A stretch of DNA of 64,000 bases. Source: a virus (Duplodnaviria > Caudoviricetes). Under the pieces are notes generated by a model. That model was not told where the DNA came from and searched no databases. It worked only from the letters and a program-made list of their open reading frames with translations. The position numbers were made by a program, and so were the translations under genes. The stretch lies in IMG/VR virus record IMGVR_UViG_3300020450_000008; one strand, 5' to 3'. This document shows positions 53,570 through 62,522 of this stretch, piece after piece; position 1 is the stretch's first letter; each line of letters starts with the position of its first letter.

Positions 53570-54577
53570 ATGAAAAAATTTTTAGATTATAACGATGTTT
53601 TAATAATTCCAAAGGTTAGTGATGAACCACTTGCAAGAAAAGATATTAATATAAACATAGATACTGGATATGTTCCTATTGTTATATCTAATATGTTAAG
53701 CACTGGAACTTATAAGATTGCAGATCTTATGTCAAAAGAACAAGTATTAACTTTCATACACAAAGAATATTCCGCAGAAGAGCATATACAAAATTTAAAG
53801 AAAATAAGATTTCCTGAATTTGTTGGGATAACAAGTGGAATACAATCATGGGATATAGAAAAAACAATAGATGTTTACAGTCAAATTCCTGTTGGATTTA
53901 TTAATGTTGACATAGCAAATGTATATGCAAATATGGAAGGTATGGTGAAAACAATAAAGACATATCGTGATGCCTTTCCTGATGCAAAAATTGTGGCGGG
54001 AAACATTTGTAGTCCTGAACCAGTAAGAGATCTAATAGGCGCTGGCGCAAATATAATAAAAATAGGTGTGGGTCCAGGAGCCGCGTGTAAAACTCGATCA
54101 GAGGTTGGTGTAGGAGTTCCACAATTCTCTGCCGTTCAAAGTGTAGTTGATTGTGCAAAATTATTTGGTGCAATGACTATTGCTGATGGTGGATGTGTTA
54201 ACAGTGGAGACGTGTGTAAAGCCATTGGTGCTGGAGCTGATATTGTAATGATTGCTGGAATGGTTTCACATTCTGAAGAATGCGATAACGTTATTGAAGT
54301 TGATGGAAAAAAATATATTAACTTTTATGGACTTGGAAGTAATGCGCAATATAAAAAGTTTACACCTCAAGAAGTTGAATACAGACCTAATGAAGGCCGT
54401 GATCTTTTGATTCCAGTAAAGGGAAGTATATTTGAAGTAATAAATCAAATCAAAGGAGCTTTAAGAAGTGTCTGTACTTATGTTGGTACAGATGATATAT
54501 CAAAGCTTAAAAAACATGTCGAATTTGTAGAAGTAAATAATACAATTAATAAGAGCTTAGAAAAATATGAGAGATGA
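53570..54577 (+). CDS. Second IMPDH/GMP-reductase-family protein
   Basis: LDYNDVLIIP, NVDIAN, VAGNI, KIGVGPGAACKTR, IADGGC, FYGLGS, GALRSVCTYVG. Confidence 0.85.
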   Translation: MKKFLDYNDVLIIPKVSDEPLARKDININIDTGYVPIVISNMLSTGTYKIADLMSKEQVLTFIHKEYSAEEHIQNLKKIRFPEFVGITSGIQSWDIEKTIDVYSQIPVGFINVDIANVYANMEGMVKTIKTYRDAFPDAKIVAGNICSPEPVRDLIGAGANIIKIGVGPGAACKTRSEVGVGVPQFSAVQSVVDCAKLFGAMTIADGGCVNSGDVCKAIGAGADIVMIAGMVSHSEECDNVIEVDGKKYINFYGLGSNAQYKKFTPQEVEYRPNEGRDLLIPVKGSIFEVINQIKGALRSVCTYVGTDDISKLKKHVEFVEVNNTINKSLEKYER

Positions 54578-55385
54578 TCTCATCATTGCTACTGTTGTTG
54601 CCATTGACAGCGAAAGAAGGCAACGAAATTATGATTTTCTAAAAAGATATTACGTTGACAATAATCTACCACATGTATTTTTAGAATATTCTGATAGTAG
54701 TTACTTACACTTACAAAAAATTTATAATGATTTTTATAAAAGCAACAAAGAAAAAATACTATTTAAACATGATGTTGACTGTATATTAAATGTTGAATCT
54801 ATTAAGAAAGGTTATGATCTTTGCCGTGCTGATAAAAATAATTTTGTATATCCATATGATCATGTTTCCTTCATTGATCCTACAGAATATAAATCAAACT
54901 TTGATGAATACCAACAAGTAGAATCTTTTAATAGAAAGAATGATGGATTAGAAGTAGAGTCAAGTTACTGGCCAGATTGGTTAACTTTAGAAATGATGGC
55001 AAACTCTATCATGGGTGAACAAAGACATTTGCCAGCCCTTTCACATACTAATTTTAAAGATATGAATTATCAGAGTCCTTTAGGATATTGTTATATGTTT
55101 AATTTTGAAGGATACAACAGAGGTGGTTTGGATAATGAATATCTACTTGATTTTAATTTTGATGATTTAGAAAGGTATCATAGACTAAGAACCTTAGGAT
55201 ATAATATAATTCAATTACCTGGAAAAATATATCACATGGATCACAGTTTTAATAAAAATGGTACAAGAGTTAGAACTAAAGATTATATGATTCAAAACAT
55301 ATTTGAATATTTAAAAATAGCAAATTTAAATAAAAAAGAATTACAACTTTACATAGAGACATGGCCATGGACATTAAAGAATTAA
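54567..55385 (+). CDS. Glycosyltransferase (GT2/GT7-like, galactosyltransferase C-terminal motif)
   Basis: FKHDVD (DxD), GG.DNE.....FDD.E...R...LGY.I, IYHMDH. Confidence 0.7.
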   Translation: MRDDLIIATVVAIDSERRQRNYDFLKRYYVDNNLPHVFLEYSDSSYLHLQKIYNDFYKSNKEKILFKHDVDCILNVESIKKGYDLCRADKNNFVYPYDHVSFIDPTEYKSNFDEYQQVESFNRKNDGLEVESSYWPDWLTLEMMANSIMGEQRHLPALSHTNFKDMNYQSPLGYCYMFNFEGYNRGGLDNEYLLDFNFDDLERYHRLRTLGYNIIQLPGKIYHMDHSFNKNGTRVRTKDYMIQNIFEYLKIANLNKKELQLYIETWPWTLKN

Positions 55386-55963
55386 ATATAGGAGTCTCAG
55401 ATTACAATTCGACCGAGGGTTTTACTAATATAGGATTAGATATATCGCATTCTCCACCAACAAAATTAAATCATGACGTAACAAATAAGATTCCAATTGA
55501 TGATTCTTCTATTGAGTTCATATACACGAGCCATTTAGTAGAGCATTTAAAAATAGAAGACTTTTATTTTTTTATTAAGGATTGTTATAGACTACTTAAA
55601 GAAGGAGGTATCTTACGTATTGTAACTCCTGACCTGAAAGAATGGGTGAAGTCCTATTTAAACAATGATCAAGAGCTCTTTAAACTACATCAGCAAATTA
55701 TGATAGAAAATAAAGGAAGACCTTGGAGTTTAATTGATCATGAATATGTACAATTACCAGCAGATTATTTCATGACGATTTGTCATAACTGGAATCATAA
55801 ATGGCTGTTTGATTATGAAAGTATTAGTTATCACTTAAAAAAATGTGGCTTTAAAAATATAATAAATACTGGTTACAGGAATAGTGGTTATAAAGATATT
55901 GAAAGAGTAGAATTTAATCCAGAATTTTATAAACCATCTTTGTACATAGAGGTTAAAAAGTAA
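55361..55963 (+). CDS. SAM-dependent methyltransferase (type 11-like)
   Basis: LNIG, NIGLD, IYTSHLVEHL, RLLKEGGILRIVTPD. Confidence 0.8.
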   Translation: MAMDIKELNIGVSDYNSTEGFTNIGLDISHSPPTKLNHDVTNKIPIDDSSIEFIYTSHLVEHLKIEDFYFFIKDCYRLLKEGGILRIVTPDLKEWVKSYLNNDQELFKLHQQIMIENKGRPWSLIDHEYVQLPADYFMTICHNWNHKWLFDYESISYHLKKCGFKNIINTGYRNSGYKDIERVEFNPEFYKPSLYIEVKK

Positions 55964-57514
55964 ATGAAAAAAATAGCTTTGTGCCAAATACCAGGAATGG
56001 ATGTTAGGGCACCGAGTCAAGGTATAGCAGTCTTAAAAGCAATAGCTTTATCAAAAAGTTTTGACGCTAAATGTTTTGACTTAAACATATCAGTGTGGAA
56101 TGATTTAGTGGATGAAGGACTAGGTTACCTTTGGGCCGATTGGAGCATTGAATTTGCTTATGCATTAATGAATGATAAAGAGTTTCATGAGTTGCAAAGT
56201 ACATCATATGATGAGGAAACAGCAAATAGAGTTTTAAGCTGCATGCATTTTCATATTGACAGTATGATATATGAATATGACCCAGATGTTATTGGATTCA
56301 GCTTATTTAGTATAGTGCAAGAAAATACAGCTAGGATCGTTATAGACTACATAAAAGAAAATTATAAAGATATTGAAATTATAATAGGTGGACCAGCTTT
56401 ACGGCACTATCATGAAGAAAGTTTACCTAAAGATATTTTAGATAAAGTCGATGATTATTTTATTGGTGATGCTGAAGAAAGTTTTGTTAATTACTTAGAT
56501 GGAAAAAAAGACTTTGGTGGATTAAATAATATCAATGTAAATATGCATTTTGATAGAGATATATGGCCATCACCTGATTATAGAGATTTTGATTTTAGCC
56601 TATATCCTTCTAAATGGAGAGAACCACATGTAAGATCATCTGATGAAGGAACAGTTTATGTTACTGGATCAAAAGGTTGCGTAAGGGCATGTGAGTTCTG
56701 TGATGTACATAAAATATGGCCAAAGTTTTATCAAAAACAAGTTAACACAGTATTAAGAGATATTAAAAGCATAAGAGAGTATTTTAAATTTAGAAATGTA
56801 TTCTTTACAGACAGTCTTATAAATGGAAGTAATAAATTTATTAAAGATTTATCTCAAGGTATAATAGACGAATTTGGAGAAAAACCGTTTAGTTGGAGTG
56901 GACAGTGGATATGTAAAAGTAAAAAAAGTTTTACTGAAGAGTATTTTGAAATAGCATCAAGAGCTGGATTGAATCAAATAATAGTTGGAATTGAAAGTGG
57001 CAGTGAAAAAGTTAGATGGGAAATGAATAAAAAGTTTTATAATGAAGATATTTACTTTACATTAGAAATGTGTAGAAAGTACAATATTCTTTTTATCCCT
57101 TTAATGATTGCTGGTTATCCTACAGAAACTGATGATGACTTTAAACAGACATTGGATTTAGCAAAGAAATGGATAGAATATAGAGATGTTGTAAGACCTA
57201 CATGTATTAATATGATGATGCTACTTCCAGGAACAGATGTTACCATAGATCATGATAAATATCAATTGGCAAATATAACTTATGCAGAAGTCGAAGCTGG
57301 ATATACTCCCTTAGATCAAAATTGGTCTTGTGGAGATAATGACTATGAAAAAAGAATTGAAAGATTTTACGAGTATCAATATCAGATTAAAAAAGCAGAA
57401 ATGGGATTAGGTCATGTAAAAAGAAAGACTTTAAAAAGAGATTATCTTAATATTGCGAAGATACCAAATCCAGAATTAATACACAAGATTGATTATGTAA
57501 ATGGCATCTATTAG
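55964..57514 (+). CDS. B12-binding domain radical SAM protein
   Basis: PSQGIAVLKA, DVIGFS, IIIGGP, GDAEE, SKGCVRACEFC, FTDSLING, GIESGS, IAGYPTET. Confidence 0.85.
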   Translation: MKKIALCQIPGMDVRAPSQGIAVLKAIALSKSFDAKCFDLNISVWNDLVDEGLGYLWADWSIEFAYALMNDKEFHELQSTSYDEETANRVLSCMHFHIDSMIYEYDPDVIGFSLFSIVQENTARIVIDYIKENYKDIEIIIGGPALRHYHEESLPKDILDKVDDYFIGDAEESFVNYLDGKKDFGGLNNINVNMHFDRDIWPSPDYRDFDFSLYPSKWREPHVRSSDEGTVYVTGSKGCVRACEFCDVHKIWPKFYQKQVNTVLRDIKSIREYFKFRNVFFTDSLINGSNKFIKDLSQGIIDEFGEKPFSWSGQWICKSKKSFTEEYFEIASRAGLNQIIVGIESGSEKVRWEMNKKFYNEDIYFTLEMCRKYNILFIPLMIAGYPTETDDDFKQTLDLAKKWIEYRDVVRPTCINMMMLLPGTDVTIDHDKYQLANITYAEVEAGYTPLDQNWSCGDNDYEKRIERFYEYQYQIKKAEMGLGHVKRKTLKRDYLNIAKIPNPELIHKIDYVNGIY

Positions 57515-58037
57515 TTGGAATAAAGAAGTTGATATTATAGATGATAATCTATATTACATGAATGAACTCATGCAGGATCCGGTAGCTGAGGAGACACTTA
57601 ATAAATGGAAAGATTGGGTAGAACACAATTTAAATAAAATTTTGTCTCAATACATGATTCCAGAAGGAATGATTATCCAAGCCGGAGTATGGAATGGAGA
57701 TTTTTATTCGGTATTAAAAGATATTTTTGGTTGGGAAAGATGTATAGGATTTGATATAGTTAAATATACTGAAGACGACTCAGTAATATATAGTGATTTT
57801 AGAGATTTAAAAGATGAGCATCAGCTTCCTTGTGCTTTATTTTATAATGGAATGGGAAACTGGCTTTATAATAAAAAAAGTAAAACGTCAGGTTTAGAGT
57901 ACGCGAAAAGAAATTTGGTAAAAGGTGGGTTATATTTAGACTCTATTCATATGGATACAACAATACTTAAAGATGTTGAAGGATTAAATTACATGGCTAC
58001 TTACGACGACAGGTTAATAATTTTAAGGAAAGAATAA
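57501..58037 (+). CDS. Putative methyltransferase-fold protein
   Basis: IIQAGVWNG, CIGFD, LVKGG; weak. Confidence 0.4.
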   Translation: MASISWNKEVDIIDDNLYYMNELMQDPVAEETLNKWKDWVEHNLNKILSQYMIPEGMIIQAGVWNGDFYSVLKDIFGWERCIGFDIVKYTEDDSVIYSDFRDLKDEHQLPCALFYNGMGNWLYNKKSKTSGLEYAKRNLVKGGLYLDSIHMDTTILKDVEGLNYMATYDDRLIILRKE

Positions 58038-58744
58038 TGAATTTATGGAAAGATTCAATAATTAATGGAGTTACGGTTACTTCTAGTGGAACTACTGGAA
58101 CTCCTAAAAAGATTTTTAGAAGTCCACAAAATATTGCTGAAGTTTCTAAAGCGGCCAACGAGGCTCAGAAAATAACAAAGGACAGTAGAATACTTACTGT
58201 AACAAGTCTAGATCATGCTGGTGGGTTATTAGCTCAGACAATACCTGCATATATAATGGGTGCAGTGGTTCACGCTACAACATTTAAACCTTTCAGTTTT
58301 TTAAAAGAATTTAGAAATTTTACTCATACGTTTTTGACCCCAACACAGATGGGCGCATTAATAAAAACAAAAACATTTAAAGACTATGATTTAAGTGGTA
58401 AAAGAATATTAGGAGGTAGTGATCCTATCCCTTGGGATTATATCGAAGCTTTTGTGAATCAAGGTGCTCTTGTTCAGCCTAACTGGGGAATGAGTGAAAT
58501 AGGACCTATTACAATAAATTGTGAAATTGACTCAATAGAAAAATTTAACTATTATAAGGAACGTGCGCCGCAAACTCCACACGATCCAACCATTTTAGGA
58601 GACACCTTTTACTGCCAGAAAAAAATAATTGATGGCGAATTAGTCGTGCGGGGGCCTTTGTGTTATAAATTAGGTTGGCTTGAAACCGGAGACATAGTAG
58701 AAGAAGTAGATAACATTTTATATTTTCATCGTAGAAAGGAATAA
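58037..58744 (+). CDS. Truncated adenylate-forming (AMP-binding) enzyme
   Basis: TSSGTTGTPK P-loop, HAGG, GGSD, WGMSEIGP, GEL.VRGP, WLETGD, R. Confidence 0.75.
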   Translation: MNLWKDSIINGVTVTSSGTTGTPKKIFRSPQNIAEVSKAANEAQKITKDSRILTVTSLDHAGGLLAQTIPAYIMGAVVHATTFKPFSFLKEFRNFTHTFLTPTQMGALIKTKTFKDYDLSGKRILGGSDPIPWDYIEAFVNQGALVQPNWGMSEIGPITINCEIDSIEKFNYYKERAPQTPHDPTILGDTFYCQKKIIDGELVVRGPLCYKLGWLETGDIVEEVDNILYFHRRKE

Positions 58745-58745
58745 C

Positions 58746-58967
58746 ATGAATACTGGACCATTAACTAGTGCATTTGATGACGACATCGAAGGTGTAGTGC
58801 TAAAAGAGTTTATAGTTTACAGAGTTGTAGATGGCAATCTTACAAGAGAAAAATTTGTTAGAAAATATCATGGTGATGGTGACTATACCGATCACAGTGA
58901 ATCCACACCGCTATCTCCAATAGGCTTTACGCTTGAAGGAAAGATTCCTGGTGCCACAGGAAAATAA
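58746..58967 (+). CDS. Hypothetical protein
   Basis: 73-aa ORF with AGGA RBS. Confidence 0.55.
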   Translation: MNTGPLTSAFDDDIEGVVLKEFIVYRVVDGNLTREKFVRKYHGDGDYTDHSESTPLSPIGFTLEGKIPGATGK

Positions 58968-58990
58968 TTCACTTTTTTTAAAAATAATCG

Positions 58991-59019
58991 TTTACATTTG
59001 AAAAGAATTATGGTATTAT
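58991..59019 (+). promoter_or_regulatory. Early promoter TTTACA-N17-TATTAT
   Basis: Variant motif upstream of DUF932. Confidence 0.6.
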
Positions 59020-59049
59020 ATACTATAATATGAAAAGGAAGGAGCCAGA

Positions 59050-60015
59050 ATGGCACATCAAGTAGAAACAATGGCATACGCAGGGGATCTCCCTTGGCAT
59101 GGTCTAGGTGTAAAAGTTAGTAACGAGTTAACTCCAGCAATGATGATGGAGAAAGCAGGCCTTGATTGGTCTGTAGAAAAGAAGGATATGAAAGTTATAG
59201 ATGGCATGAAGTCTATAACAATTCCAGGAAGAAAAGCTTTAATCAGATCTTCCGATAATAAATTTCTTGACGTTGTAGGAGATGATTGGCATCCAATACA
59301 AAACGCAGAAGTTTTCGATTTCTTTACAGAATTCGTAATGGCAGGTGATATGGAAATGCATACTGCTGGATCACTTAAAGGTGGTTCAATTATATGGGCT
59401 CTTGCAAAAGTAAAAGAGTCTTTTGATGTATTTGGTGATGATAGAGTTGATGCTTACATGCTTCTTTCATCTCCTCATCAATATGGTAAATCTATGGATG
59501 TTAGATTTACTCCAATCAGAGTTGTTTGCAACAACACTTTAACAATGTCTCTTCAACAAGAGTCTAAAAGATCAGTAAAAGTTCGTCACAGAACTGCATT
59601 TGATCCTGATAGTGTTAAAGAAACATTAGGTATCGCTCATGAAAAATTTGCGAAGTACAAGGACATGGCTCAGTTTCTTGGAAGCAAAAAGTTTTCAGTT
59701 GATAATCTTATTAATTATTACAACGAGCTTTTCCCAACAACTTCAAGAAGAGAAGAGCAAAAGGTCAAACCAGTGAGTGGTTACAAAGATCTTTCAAGAG
59801 CAGCTCAAATGTGTTATGACGCGCTTGAAGTTCAGCCAGGAGCAGAATACGCTCCAGGATCTTGGTGGCAGGCCTTAAACTCAGTAACATATTTTACTGA
59901 TCATCAACAAGGTCGTAACGCTGAAAACAGACTACATAGTCAGTGGTTCGGTTACAATCAAGGTCGAAAAGTAAAAGCTGCTGAAAAAGCAGTTGAATTC
60001 GCTAGAGCCTCTTAA
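59050..60015 (+). CDS. DUF932-family protein (TIGR03299-like)
   Basis: PWHGLG, AGLDWSV, IQNAE.F.FF, TAGSLKGG..IW, TPIRVVCNNTL, W.A.N.VT. Confidence 0.85.
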   Translation: MAHQVETMAYAGDLPWHGLGVKVSNELTPAMMMEKAGLDWSVEKKDMKVIDGMKSITIPGRKALIRSSDNKFLDVVGDDWHPIQNAEVFDFFTEFVMAGDMEMHTAGSLKGGSIIWALAKVKESFDVFGDDRVDAYMLLSSPHQYGKSMDVRFTPIRVVCNNTLTMSLQQESKRSVKVRHRTAFDPDSVKETLGIAHEKFAKYKDMAQFLGSKKFSVDNLINYYNELFPTTSRREEQKVKPVSGYKDLSRAAQMCYDALEVQPGAEYAPGSWWQALNSVTYFTDHQQGRNAENRLHSQWFGYNQGRKVKAAEKAVEFARAS

Positions 60016-60025
60016 GGCTCTAGTT
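60002..60025 (+). terminator. Hairpin at the DUF932 stop
   Basis: ctagagcct-ctta-aggctctag; weak U tail. Confidence 0.35.
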
Positions 60026-60227
60026 AACCCTAGAATAAGGAAATAAAATTGATAAATGAACTTATATGCATAGTCGGAATTGCTGCAACTAGCTTTTTAA
60101 CAGGTTATTTGATAGCTGATTTACAAAGTTTTAGAAGGTACATTAAAGAAAATTGCTTGAAGTAGCAGTCAAAGCATCCTTTTTAATAAATAATTCTTAT
60201 GACAAGAACAATACTAAAAGGAGTAAC

Positions 60228-60386
60228 ATGCATGAATCAGACAAGGATGATCCATGTGATGATGTTTCTGGAAAAAACGCATTAGAAGGCTGGATTAAAG
60301 CCTCAGAAAACACCACTAAAAAGAAGAAAAAAATTGAAAGGGATTATCCGCCTTATCCAGGTATTGAACCCGAAGACAATGAATAG
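60228..60386 (+). CDS. Small acidic hypothetical protein
   Basis: MHESDKDDPCDD...; AGGAG RBS supports ATG 60228. Confidence 0.45.
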   Translation: MHESDKDDPCDDVSGKNALEGWIKASENTTKKKKKIERDYPPYPGIEPEDNE

Positions 60387-60409
60387 TTTAATACAAATTT
60401 GATATATAG

Positions 60410-60439
60410 AAGCAGAGGCCTTAAAATCTCTGCTTTTAT
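60410..60439 (+). terminator. Rho-independent terminator
   Basis: aagcagag...ctctgctt followed by ttatt. Confidence 0.55.
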
Positions 60440-60600
60440 TTAATTAAAAAGTAAAGCTTATAAAAAGAAATCTAAAAAATTAATTAAGAAGGTAAATGTT
60501 ATGAATAAAGAAGCACTGATAACACATTTCGTAATGTTTATACTTGGTTGTATCACTATGTACATGATGGTAAACTATCTATGATAATATTTAAATATGA

Positions 60601-60626
60601 AAAAGGGGAGACAAGCTCCCCTCTTC
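60601..60626. terminator. Bidirectional terminator between convergent units
   Basis: aggggag-acaag-ctcccct with an A-run upstream. Confidence 0.55.
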
Positions 60627-60863
60627 CTAACTTACGGCTACTCTTAAATCATTTCGCAACTTTGCTTCCATGTGAGAAATTAAAACTTTTCTCATTGCAG
60701 AAGCTCTGTTACGATCACTAAATGAATACTCTCTTACATCGTCGTTATCTACTCTAATACTAAAAACGAAAAATGCACCTTGCTTTTTAACGTTTGATGC
60801 ACTGCCTAGAGCAACCCGTTTTGGGTCTATTCTAGCGCCAAAGTTTGTTTCTATTACTGACAT
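60627..60863 (-). CDS. Hypothetical protein
   Basis: MSVIETNFGARIDPKRV...; start coupled to the upstream stop (TAATG). Confidence 0.6.
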   Translation of the reverse strand: MSVIETNFGARIDPKRVALGSASNVKKQGAFFVFSIRVDNDDVREYSFSDRNRASAMRKVLISHMEAKLRNDLRVAVS

Positions 60864-61024
60864 TAGTCTGCCTTCCATATTGTCCATGCTCCATAGATTA
60901 TTGCTAATCCGGCAGCAATTTTAGCGAGCGGTGTTAAGAAAAGAACTAGCAATCCAAGTGCTATTAGTGCAGCACCGTCCCATGTAGTTCTTTCTGAGAT
61001 TCTATTCTTTACCCAATTAATCAT
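60863..61024 (-). CDS. Small two-TM membrane protein (53 aa; not in ORF track)
   Basis: MINWVKNRISERTTWDGAALIALGLLVLFLTPLAKIAAGLAIIYGAWTIWKAD. Confidence 0.6.
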   Translation of the reverse strand: MINWVKNRISERTTWDGAALIALGLLVLFLTPLAKIAAGLAIIYGAWTIWKAD

Positions 61025-61257
61025 TACTTCTTATTCCATATATGCCATAAGACTGCAATTGCAACTAGACCTACTAGGCCTTGGTCACTGAAATTGCTGA
61101 TCAGTCCTAGAATGTTTTCTGTTACGTTTACTTTTGGCCAGAATGGAATGTTCATACCGTTGAATAGTATCTCTAGCACGATTCCGAGACCGATTAAACT
61201 TACACCGGCTTCTGCTATTCCACCAGCCCAAGATTTAATTGATTTTAATATATCCAT
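61024..61257 (-). CDS. Small membrane protein
   Basis: Two hydrophobic helices; GGAGGGGAA RBS. Confidence 0.65.
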   Translation of the reverse strand: MDILKSIKSWAGGIAEAGVSLIGLGIVLEILFNGMNIPFWPKVNVTENILGLISNFSDQGLVGLVAIAVLWHIWNKK

Positions 61258-61315
61258 GTATTCCCCTCCTATATTGTTTCGGGTGTAGTATTATTTATCA
61301 TTCTTTTGATTTGAA

Positions 61316-61462
61316 CTACCTAGATTTACCTTGTCCACGGTATTTTTTAGTCATACGTCTCTTATGTTTATTCATGGTAGACGTGATAGGTTTTCTTCCT
61401 ATAGAAGTTCCTTTCTGAACTGGAGTGTGTATTACAGTTCCAATTGTCTTCTGTTTTGCCAT
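61316..61462 (-). CDS. Small basic protein (48 aa; not in ORF track)
   Basis: MAKQKTIG...STMNKHKRRMTKKYRGQGKSR; GAGGA RBS. Confidence 0.65.
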   Translation of the reverse strand: MAKQKTIGTVIHTPVQKGTSIGRKPITSTMNKHKRRMTKKYRGQGKSR

Positions 61463-61514
61463 AATATCCTCTGTATCATTTATGTAACAGTATTATATAT
61501 TATGAAAATAAACC

Positions 61515-61543
61515 TTTACTTTTCTAAAAAAATATTGTATTAT
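61515..61543 (+). promoter_or_regulatory. Early promoter TTTACT-N17-TATTAT
   Basis: Variant motif followed by AAGGAAAGGAAA leader. Confidence 0.6.
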
Positions 61544-61567
61544 ACTATTATAAGGAAAGGAAATAAA

Positions 61568-61654
61568 ATGTTTACACCAGATACAATAGCAATAACAATA
61601 ATGTTAATAGCGCTTTTCATAACAGTAAAGGTGGTCTTCGGACCATACTTATAA
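61568..61654 (+). CDS. 28-aa single-TM peptide
   Basis: MFTPDTIAITIMLIALFITVKVVFGPYL; strong RBS, coupled to next ORF. Confidence 0.45.
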   Translation: MFTPDTIAITIMLIALFITVKVVFGPYL

Positions 61655-61896
61655 TGCCAAAGTTTCGTAGAAAATTTTTAAAGCCAACAAGATTTAATCC
61701 TAAGGGACATATGTATGTTGGCGTTGTTTGGCCAGTCGAAGGTAGCACTGGAAAGAAATATGATGTAGAATTAACCGATGAAGGATTTGAATGTAATTGT
61801 TATGGATTTGGATTCCATGGATATTGCAAGCATTCAAAGGCAGTTCTTAAAAAAGTGGAACAAACAACTTTTGATAACTTTGTGAGGGTCCTATGA
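61654..61896 (+). CDS. SWIM zinc-finger protein
   Basis: VEGSTGKKY.V......CNC.GF.FHGYCKH. Confidence 0.75.
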   Translation: MPKFRRKFLKPTRFNPKGHMYVGVVWPVEGSTGKKYDVELTDEGFECNCYGFGFHGYCKHSKAVLKKVEQTTFDNFVRVL

Positions 61897-62018
61897 GTAA
61901 AGGAATTAAAGGAAGAGGAAAAGTTTCTTCAACCTCTAGGTCTTGGGAAAAAGCTATGAAAAAGAACGGTAATAAGAAGATAAGACAACAAGGAAAGAAA
62001 GAGGCGAAAAAGAGATGA
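61893..62018 (+). CDS. Small basic peptide (41 aa; not in ORF track)
   Basis: MSKGIKGRGKVSSTSRSWEKAMKKNGNKKIRQQGKKEAKKR; ATGA-coupled on both sides. Confidence 0.5.
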   Translation: MSKGIKGRGKVSSTSRSWEKAMKKNGNKKIRQQGKKEAKKR

Positions 62019-62140
62019 GTGATATAGGCTGGTTAGTTGTGATGTATATTATAGGCGTACTATATATTTTGTCACCTTGGATAGCTGTTACATATATGTT
62101 ACAGTCTGATAAAAAAAGTGAAAAAAGTGAAAAAAAGTAA
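62015..62140 (+). CDS. Small membrane peptide (41 aa; not in ORF track)
   Basis: MSDIGWLVVMYIIGVLYILSPWIAVTYMLQSDKKSEKSEKK. Confidence 0.4.
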   Translation: MSDIGWLVVMYIIGVLYILSPWIAVTYMLQSDKKSEKSEKK

Positions 62141-62149
62141 AAATAAACG

Positions 62150-62178
62150 TTTACATTCATGTGTTTTTATGGTAGATT
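62150..62178 (+). promoter_or_regulatory. Early promoter TTTACA-N17-TAGATT
   Basis: Variant motif with TGG extended -10 and upstream A-tracts. Confidence 0.55.
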
Positions 62179-62210
62179 AATAGTATAAGGTAAATAAAAA
62201 AGGAAGATAA

Positions 62211-62522
62211 ATGTCAAACGAATCAATATTTTTAGAAGCAGATAATGGCGGAATCGCTATATACGAAGGCGCTGGTAACAGGGTCGATTGGGCGAAAGAC
62301 GTTCTTGCTCTTTCAGTTGTCATCGAAAATTGGGATCTTCTAGATAGACCTAATGTTTTCTTCACTAGCTCAATGGATTTTGCTAGTGAGAATGGTTTCA
62401 AAAGAGACCAAGACGCTAGAATTCTTTTTGGCGAAGCTTCAACAATCGTTCTTCAAAGAGAAGCCGATGAAGAAAGACTAAGAAGAAAAATGAATAGAGC
62501 AATTATTGATGGAGTTATATAA
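62211..62522 (+). CDS. Hypothetical early protein
   Basis: 103 aa; AAGGA RBS. Confidence 0.6.
   Translation: MSNESIFLEADNGGIAIYEGAGNRVDWAKDVLALSVVIENWDLLDRPNVFFTSSMDFASENGFKRDQDARILFGEASTIVLQREADEERLRRKMNRAIIDGVI

Noticed and set aside
62108-62140. Short tandem repeat (aaaaaagtg)x3
   Set aside because: Encodes the KKSEKSEKK tail of a small ORF and forms A-tracts before a promoter; not a CRISPR or iteron array.
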